Under the pieces are notes generated by a model that ran no database searches, was not told the origin of the DNA, and saw only the letters and a list, made by a program, of their open reading frames with translations. From Auanema rhodensis (taxonomy: Eukaryota; Animalia; Nematoda): DNA of 64,000 nt. The stretch spans positions 15,128,001 through 15,192,000 of the forward strand of contig OZ059900.1 of NCBI GenBank assembly GCA_964057225.1. Reading direction: 5' to 3'. Both the position numbers and the translations under genes were made by a program. Below, piece by piece: positions 42,101-55,563 of the stretch (within the stretch, counting starts at the first letter, position 1; each line of letters opens with the position of its first letter).

Positions 42101-45100
42101 GTATTTTTCTAGTGTTCAGCATGTGAAATGCTTCATTTTAGTATGTAACACGCTGAAATTCGTTGCATTTGACGACTCATATGAACAAAAATCGATTTAA
42201 TCAATATTAGCCATAAGGGGCGTGCCCTCAGAATATGCTAATTTCCTTAATTTTCTAACCCCTGTTTTTTGTCGTGAAAGTGGAACTAGACGTTGTACAA
42301 ACAATTTTGAGCTAGGTTTTATTGACATTGCATGAGTTTGAACACATGAAATCGTAAGTCAAAACCTTGTTTAGAGCGAAATTTCCAAAAACTGGTTTTC
42401 CAGCATAATAAAATATTTCTCATGGGAAATACTGTGTTTTTGTATTTTTCTAGTGTTCAGCATGTAAAATGCTTCATTTTAGTATGTAACACGCTGAAAT
42501 TCGTTGCATTTGACGACTCATATGAACAAAAATCGATTTAATCAATATTAGCCATAAGGGGCGTGCCCTCAGAATATGCTAATTTCCTTAATTTTCTAAC
42601 CCCTGTTTTTTTGTCGTGAAAGTGGAACTAGACGTTGTACGAACAATTTTGAGCTAGGTTTTATTGACATTGCATGAGTTTGAACACATGAAATCGTAAG
42701 TCAAAACCTTGTTTACAGCGAAATTTCCAAAAACTGGTTTTCCAGCATAATAAAATATTTCTCATGGGAAATACTGTGTTTTTGTATTTTTCTAGTGTTC
42801 AGCATGTAAAATGCTTCATTTTAGTATGTAACACGCTGAAATTCGTTGCATTTGACGACTCATATGAACAAAAATCGATTTAATCAATATTAGCCATAAG
42901 GGGCGTGCCCTCAGAATATGCTAATTTCCTTAATTTTCTAACCCCTGTTTTTTTGTCGTGAAAGTGGAACTAGACGTTGTACGAACAATTTTGAGCTAGG
43001 TTTCATTGACATTGCATGAGTTTGAACACATGAAATCGTAAGTCAAAACCTTGCTTACAGCGAAATTTCCAAAAACTGGTTTTCCAGCATAATTAAATAT
43101 TTCTCATGGGAAATACTGTGTTTTTGTATTTTTCTAGTGTTCAGCATGTAAAATGCTTCATTTTAGTATGTAACACGCTGAAATTCGTTGCATTTGACGA
43201 CTCATATGAACAAAAATCGATTTAATCAATATTAGCCATAAGGGGCGTGCCCTCAGAATATGCTAATTTCCTTAATTTTCTAACCCCTGTTTTTTTGTCG
43301 TGAAAGTGGAACTAGACGTTGTACGAACAATTTTGAGCTAGGTTTCATTGACATTGCATGAGGTTGAACACATGAAATCGTAAGTCAAAACCTTGTTTAC
43401 AGCGAAATTTCCAAAAACTTCTTTTCCAGTATAATAAAATATTTCTCATGGGAAATACTGTGTTTTTGTATTCTTCTAGTGTTCAGCATGTAAAATGCTT
43501 CATTTTAGTATGTAACACGCTGAAATTCGTTGCATTTGACGACTCATATGAACAAAAATCGATTTAATCAATATTAGCCATAAGGGGCGTGCCCTCAGAA
43601 TATGCTAATTTCCTTAATTTTCTAACCCCTGTTTTTTTTGTCGTGAAAGTGGAACTAGACGTTGTACAAACAATTTTGAGCTAGGTTTCATTGACATTGC
43701 ATGAGTTTGAACACATGAAATCGTAAGTCAAAACCTTGTTTACAGCGAAATTTCCAAAAACTGGTTTTCCAGCATAATTAAATATTTCTCATGGGAAATA
43801 CTGTGTTTTTGTATTTTTCTAGTGTTCAGCATGTAAAATGCTTCATTTTAGTATGTAACACGCTGAAATTCGTTGCATTTGACGACTCATATGAACAAAA
43901 ATCGATTTAATCAATATTAGCCATAAGGGGCGTGCCCTCAGAATATGCTAATTTCCTTAATTTTCTAACCCCTGTTTTTTTGTCGTGAAAGTGGAACTAG
44001 ACGTTGTACGAACAATTTTGAGCTAGGTTTCATTGACATTGCATGAGGTTGAACACATGAAATCGTAAGTCAAAACCTTGTTTACAGCGAAATTTCCAAA
44101 AACTTCTTTTCCAGTATAATAAAATATTTCTCATGGGAAATACTGTGTTTTTGTATTCTTCTAGTGTTCAGCATGTAAAATGCTTCATTTTAGTATGTAA
44201 CACGCTGAAATTCGTTGCATTTGACGACTCATATGAACAAAAATCGATTTAATCAATATTAGCCATAAGGGGCGTGCCCTCAGAATATGCTAATTTCCTT
44301 AATTTTCTAACCCCTGTTTTTTTTGTCGTGAAAGTGGAACTAGACGTTGTACAAACAATTTTGAGCTAGGTTTCATTGACATTGCATGTGTTTGAACACA
44401 TGAAATCGTAAGTCAAAACCTTGTTTACAGCGAAATTTCCAAAAACTGGTTTTCCAGCATAATAAAATATTTCTCATGAGAAATACTGTGTTTTTGTATT
44501 TTTCTAGTGTTCAGCATGTAAAATGCTTCATTTAAGTATGTAACACGCTGAAATTCGTTGCATTTGACGACTCATATGAACAAAAATCGATTTAATCAAT
44601 ATTAGCCATAAGGGGCGTGCCCTCAGAATATGCTAATTTCCTTAATTTTCTAACCCCTGTTTTTTTGTCGTGAAAGTGGAACTAGACGTTGTACGAACAA
44701 TTTTGAGCTAGGTTTCATTGACATTGCATGAGTTTGAACACATGAAATCGTAAGTCAAAACCTTGTTTACAGCGAAATTTCCAAAAACTGGTTTTCCAGC
44801 ATAATAAAATATTTCTCATGGGAAATACTGTGTTTTTGTATTTTTCTAGTGTCCAGCATGTAAAATGCTTCATTTTAGTATGTAACACGCTGAAATTCGT
44901 TGCATTTGACGACTCATATGAACAAAAATCGATTTAATCAATATTAGCCATAAGGGGCGTGCCCTCAGAATATGCTAATTTCCTTAATTTTCTAACCCCT
45001 GTTTTTTTGTCGTGAAAGTGGAACTAGACGTTGTACGAACAATTTTGAGCTAGGTTTCCATGACATTGCATGAGTTTGAACACATGAAATCGTAAGTCAA

Positions 45101-48100
45101 AACCTTGTTTACAGCGAAATTTCCAAAAACTGGTTTTCCAGCATAATAAAATATTTCTCATGAGAAATACTGTGTTTTTGTATTTTTCTAGTGTTCAGCA
45201 TGTAAAATGCTTCACTTAAGTATGTAACACGCTGAAATTCGTTGCATTTGACGACTGATATGAACAAAAATCGATTTAATCAATTTTAGACATAAGGGGC
45301 GTGCCCTCAGAATATGCTAATTTCCTTAATTTTCTAACCCCTGTTTTTTTGTCGTGAAAGTGGAACTAGACGTTGTACGAACAATTTTGAGCTAGGTTTC
45401 ATTGACATTGCATGAGTTTGAACACATGAAATCGTAAGTCAAAACCTTGTTTACAGCGAAATTTCCAAAAACTGGTTTTCCAGCATAATAAAATATTTCT
45501 CATGAGAAATACTGTGTTTTTGTAACTTTCTAGTGTTCAGCATGTAAAATGCTTCATTTAAGTATGTAACACGCTGAAATTCGTTGCATTTGACGACTCA
45601 TATGAACAAAAATCGATTTAATCAATATTAGCCATAAGGGGCGTGCCCTCAGAATATGCTAATTTCCTTAATTTTCTAACCCCTGTTTTTTTGTCGTGAA
45701 AGTGGAACTAGACGTTGTACGAACAATTTTGAGCTAGGTTTCATTGACATTGCATGAGTCTGAACACATGAAATCGTAAGTCAAAACCTTGTTTACAGCG
45801 AAATTTCCAAAAACTGGTTTTCCAACATAATAAAATATTTCTCATGGGAAATACTGTGTTTTTGTTTTTTTCTAGTGTTCAGCATGTAAAATGCTTCATT
45901 TTAGTATGTAACACGCTGAAATTCGTTGCATTTGACGACTCATATGAACAAAAATCGATTTAATCAATATTAGCCATAAGGGGCGTGCCCTCAGAATATG
46001 CTAATTTCCTTAATTTTCTAACCCCTGTTTTTTTGTCGTGAAAGTGGAACTAGACGTTGTACGAACCATTTTGAGCTAGGTTTCATTGACATTGCATGAG
46101 TTTGAACACGTGAAATCGTAAGTCAAAACCTTGTTTACAGCGAAATTTCCAAAAACTGGTTTTCCAGCATAATAAAATATTTCTCATGGGAAATACTGTG
46201 TTTTTGTATTTTTTTAGTGTTCAGCATGTAAAATGCTTCATTTTAGTATGTAACACGCTGAAATTCGTTGCATTTGACGACTCATATGAACAAAAATCGA
46301 TTTAATCAATATTAGCCATAAGGGGCGTGCCCTCAGAATATGCTAATTTCCTTAATTTTCTAACCCCTGTTTTTTTGTCGTGAAAGTGGAACTAGACGTT
46401 GTACGAACAATTTTGAGCTAGGTTTCATTGACATTGCATGAGTTTGAACACATGAAATCGTAAGTCAAAACCTTGTTTACAGCGAAATTTCCAAAAACTG
46501 GTTTTCCAGCATAATAAAATATTTTTCATGGGAAATACTGTGTTTTTGTATTTTTCTAGTGTTCAGCATGTAAAATGCTTCATTTTAGTATGTAACACGC
46601 TGAAATTCGTTGCATTTGACGACTCATATGAACAAAAATCGATTTAATCAATATTAGCCATAAGGGGCGTGCCCTCAGAATATGCTAATTTCCTTAATTT
46701 TCTAACCCCTGTTTTTTTGTCGTGAAAGTGGAACTAGACGTTGTACGAACAATTTTGAGCTAGGTTTCATTGACATTGCATGAGTTTGAACACATGAAAT
46801 CGTAAGTCAAAACCTTGTTTACAGCGAAATTTCCAAAAACTGGTTTTCCAGCATAATAAAATATTTCTCATGAGAAATACTGTGTTTTTGTATTTTTCTA
46901 GTGTTCAGCATGTAAAATGCTTCATTTAAGTATGTAACACGCTGAAATTCGTTGCATTTGACGACTCATATGAACAAAAATCGATTTAATCAATATTAGC
47001 CATAAGGGGCGTGCCCTCAGAATATGCTAATTTCCTTAATTTTCTAACCCCTGTTTTTTTGTCGTGAAAGTGGAACTAGACGTTGTACGAACAATTTTGA
47101 GCTAGGTTTCATTGACATTGCATGAGTTTGAACACATGAAATCGTAAGTCAAAACCTTGTTTACAGCGAAATTTCCAAAAACTGGTTTTCCAGCATAATA
47201 AAATATTTTTCATGGGAAATACTGTGTTTTTGTATTTTTCTAGTGTTCAGCATGTAAAATGCTTCTTTTTAGTATGTAACACGCTGAAATTCGTTGCATT
47301 TGACGACTCATATGAACAAAAATCGATTTAATCAATATTAGCCATAAGGGGCGTGCCCTCAGAATATGCTAATTTCCTTAATTTTCTAACCCCTGTTTTT
47401 TTGTCGTGAAAGTGGAACTAGACGTTGTACGAACAATTTTGAGCTAGGTTTCATTGACATTGCATGAGTTTGAACACATGAAATCGTAAGTTAAAACCTT
47501 GTTTACAGCGAAATTTCCAAAAACTGGTTTTCCAGCATAATAAAATATTTCTCATGAGAAATACTGTGTTTTTGTATTTTTCTAGTGTTCAGCATGTAAA
47601 ATGCTTCATTTTAGTATGTAACACGCTGAAATTCGTTGCATTTGACGACTCATATGAACAAAAATCGATTTAATCAATATTAGCCATAAGGGGCGTGCCC
47701 TCAGAATATGCTAATTTCCTTAATTTTCTAACCCCTGTTTTTTGTCGTGAAAGTGGAACTAGACGTTGTAGGAATAATTTTGAGCTAGGTTTCATTGACA
47801 TTGCATGAGTTTGAACACATGAAATCGTAAGTCAAAACCTTGTTTACAGCTAAATTTCCAAAAACTGGTTTTCCAGCATAATAAAATATTTCTCATGGGA
47901 AATACTGTGTTTTTGTATTTTTCTAGTGTTCAGCATGTGAAATGCTTCATTTTAGTATGTAACACGCTGAAATTCGTTGCATTTGACGACTCATATGAAC
48001 AAAAATCGATTTAATCAATATTAGCCATAAGGGGCGTGCCCTCAGAATATGCTAATTTCCTTAATTTTCTAACCCCTGTTTTTTGTCGTGAAAGTGGAAC

Positions 48101-48255
48101 TAGACGTTGTACGAACAATTTTGAGCTAGGTTTCATTGACATTGCATGAGTTTGAACACATGAAATCGTAAGTCAAAACCTTGTTTACAGCGAAATTTCC
48201 AAAAACTGGTTTTCCAGCATAATAAAATATTTCTCATGGGAAATACTGTGTTTTT
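18148..48255 (+). repeat. 342-bp satellite, block 3 (~88 monomers)
   Basis: Same monomer and orientation as block 1, uninterrupted for ~30 kb. Confidence 0.99.
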
Positions 48256-48623
48256 ATTAGCATATTCTGAGGGCACGCCCCTTATGACTAATATTGATTA
48301 AATCGATTTTTGTTCATATGAGTCGTCAAATGCAACGAATTTCAGCGTGTTACATACTAAAATGAAGCTTTTTACATGCTGAACACTAGAAAAATACAAA
48401 AACACAGTATTTCCCATGAGAAATATTTTATTATGCTGGAAAACCAGTTTTTGGAAATTTCGCTGTAAACAAGGTTTTGACTTACGATTTCATGTGTTCA
48501 AACTCATGCAATGTCAATGAAACCTAGCTCAAAATTGTTCGTACAACGTCTAGTTCCACTTTCACGACAAAAAAACAGGGGTTAGAAAATTAAGGAAATT
48601 AGCATATTCTGAGGGCACGCCCC
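43915..48623 (+). repeat. Segmental duplicate of 1-4709 (offset 43,914 bp)
   Basis: Same ordered series of rare monomer variants and the same inversion junction. Confidence 0.95.
48256..48623 (-). repeat. 342-bp satellite, short inverted remnant (~1.1 monomer)
   Basis: Matches 4342-4709, including the private variants TTATGACTAAT and GAAGCTTTTT. Confidence 0.97.
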
Positions 48624-48917
48624 CAACATATCTTGATTTATGGCCTACTTTACTCAAAGAGCTAATTGAAGTTTGGTGTTAAAATGAACAATTGATTAAC
48701 GCTGACGTTTCAATTTTTTTCATCGTACTTGAGATAGAACATTTAAATTAAATGGAAGTGTTTAAAAATTTAGAAAAAATCACAAGCTCAAATCACTTTT
48801 GAAAAAACAGAAAGTTTAAAACAACCTTTTTTCTAATAATTATCTTTTTAATTCGACTTTTGGAAGAAAACAAAAATAGCATAACATTCAATAACGATGA
48901 ATCAGAACAAAAACATT

Positions 48918-48989
48918 CTCCCCGGCCGGGAATTGAACCCGGGTCTCGCATGTGACAGACGCGGATACTCACCACTATACTACCGAGGA
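48918..48989 (-). tRNA. tRNA-Asp(GTC)
   Basis: Identical copy. Confidence 0.96.
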
Positions 48990-49355
48990 TTGAATTTGCA
49001 CTTAGAAACTTTCACTAAGAGTGTGAGTTTGAATTATAGTAGAAAAATGAAACACTGTCTCTAACATATCTTGATTTATGGCCTACTTTACTCAAAGAGC
49101 TAATTGAAGTTTGGTGTTAAAATGAACAATTGATTAACGCTGACGTTTCAATTTTTTTCATCGTAATTGAGATAGAACATTTAAATTAAATGGAAATGTT
49201 TAAAAATTTAGAAAAAATCACAAGCTCAAATCACTTTTGAAAAAACAGAAAGTTTAAAACAACCTTTTTTCTAATAATTATCTTTTTAATTCGACTTTTG
49301 GAAGAAAACAAAAATAGCATAACATTCAATAACGATGAATCAGAACAAAAACATT

Positions 49356-49427
49356 CTCCCCGGCCGGGAATTGAACCCGGGTCTCGCATGTGACAGACGC
49401 GGATACTCACCACTATACTACCGAGGA
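49356..49427 (-). tRNA. tRNA-Asp(GTC)
   Basis: Identical copy. Confidence 0.96.
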
Positions 49428-49793
49428 TTGAATTTGCACTTAGAAACTTTCACTAAGAGTGTGAGTTTGAATTATAGTAGAAAAATGAAACACTGTCTCT
49501 AACATATCTTGATTTATGGCCTACTTTACTCAAAGAGCTAATTGAAGTTTGGTGTTAAAATGAACAATTGATTAACGCTGACGTTTCAATTTTTTTCATC
49601 GTAATTGAGATAGAACATTTAAATTAAATGGAAATGTTTAAAAATTTAGAAAAAATCACAAGCTCAAATCACTTTTGAAAAAACAGAAAGTTTAAAACAA
49701 CCTTTTTTCTAATAATTATCTTTTTAATTCGACTTTTGGAAGAAAACAAAAATAGCATAACATTCAATAACGATGAATCAGAACAAAAACATT

Positions 49794-49865
49794 CTCCCCG
49801 GCCGGGAATTGAACCCGGGTCTCGCATGTGACAGACGCGGATACTCACCACTATACTACCGAGGA
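49794..49865 (-). tRNA. tRNA-Asp(GTC)
   Basis: Identical copy. Confidence 0.96.
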
Positions 49866-50231
49866 TTGAATTTGCACTTAGAAACTTTCATTAAGAGTGT
49901 GAGTTTGAATTATAGTAGAAAAATGAAACACTGTCTCTAACATATCTTGATTTATGGCCTACTTTACTCAAAGAGCTAATTGAAGTTTGGTGTTAGAATG
50001 AACAATTGATTAACGCTGACGTTTCAATTTTTTTCATCGTAATTGAGATAGAACATTCAAATTAAATAGAAATGTTTAAAAATTTAGAAAAAATCACAAG
50101 CTCAAATCACTTTTGAAAAAACAGAAAGTTTAAAACAACCTTTTTTCTAATAATTATCTTTTTTATCCGACTTTTGTAAAAAAACAAAAATAGCATAACA
50201 TTCAATAACGATGAATCAGAACAAAAACATT

Positions 50232-50303
50232 CTCCACGGCCGGGAATTGAACCCGGGTCTCGCATGTGACAGACGCGGATACTCACCACTATACTACCGA
50301 GGA
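50232..50303 (-). tRNA. tRNA-Asp(GTC), acceptor-stem variant
   Basis: C>A at 50236 turns the U4-G wobble pair into a U-U mismatch. Confidence 0.9.
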
Positions 50304-50670
50304 TTGAATTTGCACTTAGAAACTTTCACTAAGAGTGTGAGTTTGAATTATAGTAGAAAAATGAAACACTGTCTCTAACATATCTTGATTTATGGCCTAC
50401 TTTACTCAAAGAGCTAATTGAAGTTTGGTGTTAGAATGAACAATTGATTAACGCTGACGTTTCAATTTTTTTCATCGTAATTGAGATAGAACATTTAAAT
50501 TAAATGGAAATGTTTAACGACTTAGAAAAAAAACACAAGCTCAAATCACTTTTGAAAAAACAGAAAGTTTAAAACAACCTTTTTTCTAATAATTATCTTT
50601 TTTATCCGACTTTTGGAAGTAAACAAAAATAGCATAACATTCAATAACGATGAATCAGAACAAAAACATT

Positions 50671-50742
50671 CTCCCCGGCCGGGAATTGAACCCGGGTCTC
50701 GCATGTGACAGACGCGGATACTCACCACTATACTACCGAGGA
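50671..50742 (-). tRNA. tRNA-Asp(GTC)
   Basis: Identical copy. Confidence 0.96.
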
Positions 50743-51108
50743 TTGAATTTGCACTTAGAAACTTTCATTAAGAGTGTGAGTTTGAATTATAGTAGAAAAA
50801 TGAAACACTGTCTCTAACATATCTTGATTTATGGCCTACTTTACTCAAAGAGCTAATGGAAGTTTGGTGTTAGAATGAACAATTGATTAACGCTGACGTT
50901 TCAATTTTTTTCATCGTACTTGAGATAGAACATTTAAATTAAATGGAAATGTTTAAAAATTTAGAAAAAATCACAAGCTCAAATCACTTTTGAAAAAACA
51001 GAAAGTTTAAAACAACTTTTTTTCTAATAATTATCTTTTTTATCCAACTTTTGTAAAAAAACAAAAATAGCATAACATTCAATAACGATGAATCAGAACA
51101 AAAACATT

Positions 51109-51180
51109 CTCCCCGGCCGGGAATTGAACCCGGGTCTCGCATGTGACAGACGCGGATACTCACCACTATACTACCGAGGA
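51109..51180 (-). tRNA. tRNA-Asp(GTC)
   Basis: Identical copy. Confidence 0.96.
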
Positions 51181-51547
51181 TTGAATTTGCACTTAGAAAC
51201 TTTCACTAAGAGTGTGAGTTTGAATTATAGTAGAAAAATGAAACACTGTCTCTAACATATCTTGATTTATGGCCTACTTTACTCAAAGAGCTAATTGAAG
51301 TTTGGTGTTAGAATGAACAATTGATTAACGCTGACGTTTCAATTTTTTTCATCGTAATTGAGATAGAACATTTAAATTAAATGGAAATGTTTAACGACTT
51401 AGAAAAAAAACACAAGCTCAAATCACTTTTGAAAAAACAGAAAGTTTAAAACAACCTTTTTTCTAATAATTATCTTTTTTATCCGACTTTTGGAAGAAAA
51501 CAAAAATAGCATAACATTCAATAACGATGAATCAGAACAAAAACATT

Positions 51548-51619
51548 CTCCCCGGCCGGGAATTGAACCCGGGTCTCGCATGTGACAGACGCGGATACTC
51601 ACCACTATACTACCGAGGA
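51548..51619 (-). tRNA. tRNA-Asp(GTC)
   Basis: Identical copy. Confidence 0.96.
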
Positions 51620-51985
51620 TTGAATTTGCACTTAGAAACTTTCATTAAGAGTGTGAGTTTGAATTATAGTAGAAAAATGAAACACTGTCTCTAACATATC
51701 TTGATTTATGGCCTACTTTACTCAAAGAGCTAATGGAAGTTTGGTGTTAGAATGAACAATTGATTAACGCTGACGTTTCAATTTTTTTCATCGTACTTGA
51801 GATAGAACATTTAAATTAAATGGAAATGTTTAAAAATTTAGAAAAAATCACAAGCTCAAATCACTTTTGAAAAAACAGAAAGTTTAAAACAACTTTTTTT
51901 CTAATAATTATCTTTTTTATCCAACTTTTGTAAAAAAACAAAAATAGCATAACATTCAATAACGATGAATCAGAACAAAAACATT

Positions 51986-52057
51986 CTCCCCGGCCGGGAA
52001 TTGAACCCGGGTCTCGCATGTGACAGACGCGGATACTCACCACTATACTACCGAGGA
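51986..52057 (-). tRNA. tRNA-Asp(GTC)
   Basis: Identical copy. Confidence 0.96.
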
Positions 52058-52424
52058 TTGAATTTGCACTTAGAAACTTTCACTAAGAGTGTGAGTTTGA
52101 ATTATAGTAGAAAAATGAAACACTGTCTCTAACATATCTTGATTTATGGCCTACTTTACTCAAAGAGCTAATTGAAGTTTGGTGTTAGAATGAACAATTG
52201 ATTAACGCTGACGTTTCAATTTTTTTCATCGTAATTGAGATAGAACATTTAAATTAAATGGAAATGTTTAACGACTTAGAAAAAAAACACAAGCTCAAAT
52301 CACTTTTGAAAAAACAGAAAGTTTAAAACAACCTTTTTTCTAATAATTATCTTTTTTATCCGACTTTTGGAAGAAAACAAAAATAGCATAACATTCAATA
52401 ACGATGAATCAGAACAAAAACATT

Positions 52425-52496
52425 CTCCCCGGCCGGGAATTGAACCCGGGTCTCGCATGTGACAGACGCGGATACTCACCACTATACTACCGAGGA
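52425..52496 (-). tRNA. tRNA-Asp(GTC)
   Basis: Identical copy. Confidence 0.96.
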
Positions 52497-52862
52497 TTGA
52501 ATTTGCACTTAGAAACTTTCATTAAGAGTGTGAGTTTGAATTATAGTAGAAAAATGAAACACTGTCTCTAACATATCTTGATTTATGGCCTACTTTACTC
52601 AAAGAGCTAATGGAAGTTTGGTGTTGGAATGAACAATTGATTAACGCTGACGTTTCAATTTTTTTCATCGTACTTGAGATAGAACATTTAAATTAAATGG
52701 AAATGTTTAAAAATTTAGAAAAAATCACAAGCTCAAATCACTTTTGAAAAAACAGAAAGTTTAAAACAACTTTTTTTCTAATAATTATCTTTTTTATCCA
52801 ACTTTTGTAAAAAAACAAAAATAGCATAACATTCAATAACGATGAATCAGAACAAAAACATT

Positions 52863-52934
52863 CTCCCCGGCCGGGAATTGAACCCGGGTCTCGCATGTGA
52901 CAGACGCGGATACTCACCACTATACTACCGAGGA
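52863..52934 (-). tRNA. tRNA-Asp(GTC)
   Basis: Identical copy. Confidence 0.96.
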
Positions 52935-53300
52935 TTGAATTTGCACTTAGAAACTTTCATTAAGAGTGTGAGTTTGAATTATAGTAGAAAAATGAAACAC
53001 TGTCTCTAACATATCTTGATTTATGGCCTACTTTACTCAAAGAGCTAATTGAAGTTTGGTGTTAAAATGAACAATTGATTAACGCTGACGTTTCAATTTT
53101 TTTCATCGTAATTGAGATAGAACATTTAAATTAAATGGAAGTGTTTAAAAATTTAGAAAAAATCACAAGCTCAAATCACTTTTGAAAAAACAGAAAGTTT
53201 AAAACAACCTTTTTTCTAATAATTATCTTTTTAATTCGACTTTTGGAAGAAAACAAAAATAGCATAACATTCAATAACGATGAATCAGAACAAAAACATT

Positions 53301-53372
53301 CTCCCCGGCCGGGAATTGAACCCGGGTCTCGCATGTGACAGACGCGGATACTCACCACTATACTACCGAGGA
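53301..53372 (-). tRNA. tRNA-Asp(GTC)
   Basis: Identical copy. Confidence 0.96.
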
Positions 53373-53739
53373 TTGAATTTGCACTTAGAAACTTTCACTA
53401 AGAGTGTGAGTTTGAATTATAGTAGAAAAATGAAACACTGTCTCTAACATATCTTGATTTATGGCCTACTTTACTCAAAGAGCTAATTGAAGTTTGGTGT
53501 TAGAATGAACAATTGATTAACGCTGACGTTTCAATTTTTTTCATCGTAATTGAGATAGAACATTTAAATTAAATGGAAATGTTTAACGACTTAGAAAAAA
53601 AACACAAGCTCAAATCACTTTTGAAAAAACAGAAAGTTTAAAACAACCTTTTTTCTAATAATTATCTTTTTTATCCGACTTTTGGAAGAAAACAAAAATA
53701 GCATAACATTCAATAACGATGAATCAGAACAAAAACATT

Positions 53740-53811
53740 CTCCCCGGCCGGGAATTGAACCCGGGTCTCGCATGTGACAGACGCGGATACTCACCACTAT
53801 ACTACCGAGGA
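53740..53811 (-). tRNA. tRNA-Asp(GTC)
   Basis: Identical copy. Confidence 0.96.
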
Positions 53812-54177
53812 TTGAATTTGCACTTAGAAACTTTCATTAAGAGTGTGAGTTTGAATTATAGTAGAAAAATGAAACACTGTCTCTAACATAGCTTGATTTA
53901 TGGCCTACTTTACTCAAAGAGCTAATGGAAGTTTGGTGTTAGAATGAACAATTGATTAACGCTGACGTTTCAATTTTTTTCATCGTACTTGAGATAGAAC
54001 ATTTAAATTAAATGGAAATGTTTAAAAATTTAGAAAAAATCACAAGCTCAAATCACTTTTGAAAAAACAGAAAGTTTAAAACAACTTTTTTTCTAATAAT
54101 TATCTTTTTTATCCGACTTTTGTAAAAAAACAAAAATAGCATAACATTCAATAACGATGAATCAGAACAAAAACATT

Positions 54178-54249
54178 CTCCCCGGCCGGGAATTGAACCC
54201 GGGTCTCGCATGTGACAGACGCGGATACTCACCACTATACTACCGAGGA
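54178..54249 (-). tRNA. tRNA-Asp(GTC)
   Basis: Identical copy. Confidence 0.96.
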
Positions 54250-54615
54250 TTGAATTTGCACTTAGAAACTTTCTTTAAGAGTGTGAGTTTGAATTATAGT
54301 AGAAAAATGAAACACTGTCTCTAACATATCTTGATTTATGGCCTACTTTACTCAAAGAGCTAATTGAAGTTTGGTGTTAAAATGAACAATTGATTAACGC
54401 TGACGTTTCAATTTTTTTCATCGTACTTGAGATAGAACATTTAAATTAAATGGAAGTGTTTAAAAATTTAGAAAAAATCACAAGCTCAAATCACTTTTGA
54501 AAAAACAGAAAGTTTAAAACAACTTTTTTTCTAATAATTATCTTTTTTATCCAACTTTTGTAAAAAAACAAAAATAGCATAACACTCAATAACGATGAAT
54601 CAGAACAAAAACATT

Positions 54616-54687
54616 CTCCCCGGCCGGGAATTGAACCCGGGTCTCGCATGTGACAGACGCGGATACTCACCACTATACTACCGAGGA
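54616..54687 (-). tRNA. tRNA-Asp(GTC)
   Basis: Identical copy. Confidence 0.96.
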
Positions 54688-55053
54688 TTGAATTTGCACT
54701 TAGAAACTTTCATTAAGAGTGTGAGTTTGAATTATAGTAGAAAAATGAAACACTGTCTCTAACATATCTTGATTTATGGCCTACTTTACTCAAAGAGCTA
54801 ATTGAAGTTTGGTGTTAGAATGAACAATTGATTAACGCTGACGTTTCAATTTTTTTCATCGTAATTGAGATAGAACATTTAAATTAAATGGAAATGTTTA
54901 AAAATTTAGAAAAAATCACAAGCTCAAATCACTTTTGAAAAAACAGAAAGTTTAAAACAACCTTTTTTCTAATAATTATCTTTTTTATCCGACTTTTGTA
55001 AAAAAACAAAAATAGCATAACATTCAATAACGATGAATCAGAACAAAAACATT

Positions 55054-55125
55054 CTCCCCGGCCGGGAATTGAACCCGGGTCTCGCATGTGACAGACGCGG
55101 ATACTCACCACTATACTACCGAGGA
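55054..55125 (-). tRNA. tRNA-Asp(GTC)
   Basis: Identical copy. Confidence 0.96.
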
Positions 55126-55491
55126 TTGAATTTGCACTTAGAAACTTTCACTAAGAGTGTGAGTTTGAATTATAGTAGAAAAATGAAACACTGTCTCTAA
55201 CATATCTTGATTTATGGCCTACTTTACTCAAAGAGCTAATTGAAGTTTGGTGTTAGAATGAACAATTGATTAACGCTGACGTTTCAATTTTTTTCATCGT
55301 AATTGAGATAGAACATTTAAATTAAATGGAAATGTTTAACGACTTAGAAAAAAAACACAAGCTCAAATCACTTTTGAAAAAACAGAAAGTTTAAAACAAC
55401 CTTTTTTCTAATAATTATCTTTTTTATCCGACTTTTGGAAGAAAAAAAAATAGCATAACATTCAATAACGATGAATCAGAACAAAAACATT

Positions 55492-55563
55492 CTCCCCGGC
55501 CGGGAATTGAACCCGGGTCTCGCATGTGACAGACGCGGATACTCACCACTATACTACCGAGGA
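55492..55563 (-). tRNA. tRNA-Asp(GTC)
   Basis: Identical copy (not flagged by the ORF track because of a 1-nt spacer deletion near 55446). Confidence 0.96.

Noticed and set aside
13024-55111. 27 copies of a 60-aa ORF (MVSIRVCHMRDPGSIPGRGE...)
   Set aside because: It starts at a GTG inside the tRNA D-loop and is a translation of tRNA plus trailer. It runs through the Pol III terminator and is frameshifted in one unit.
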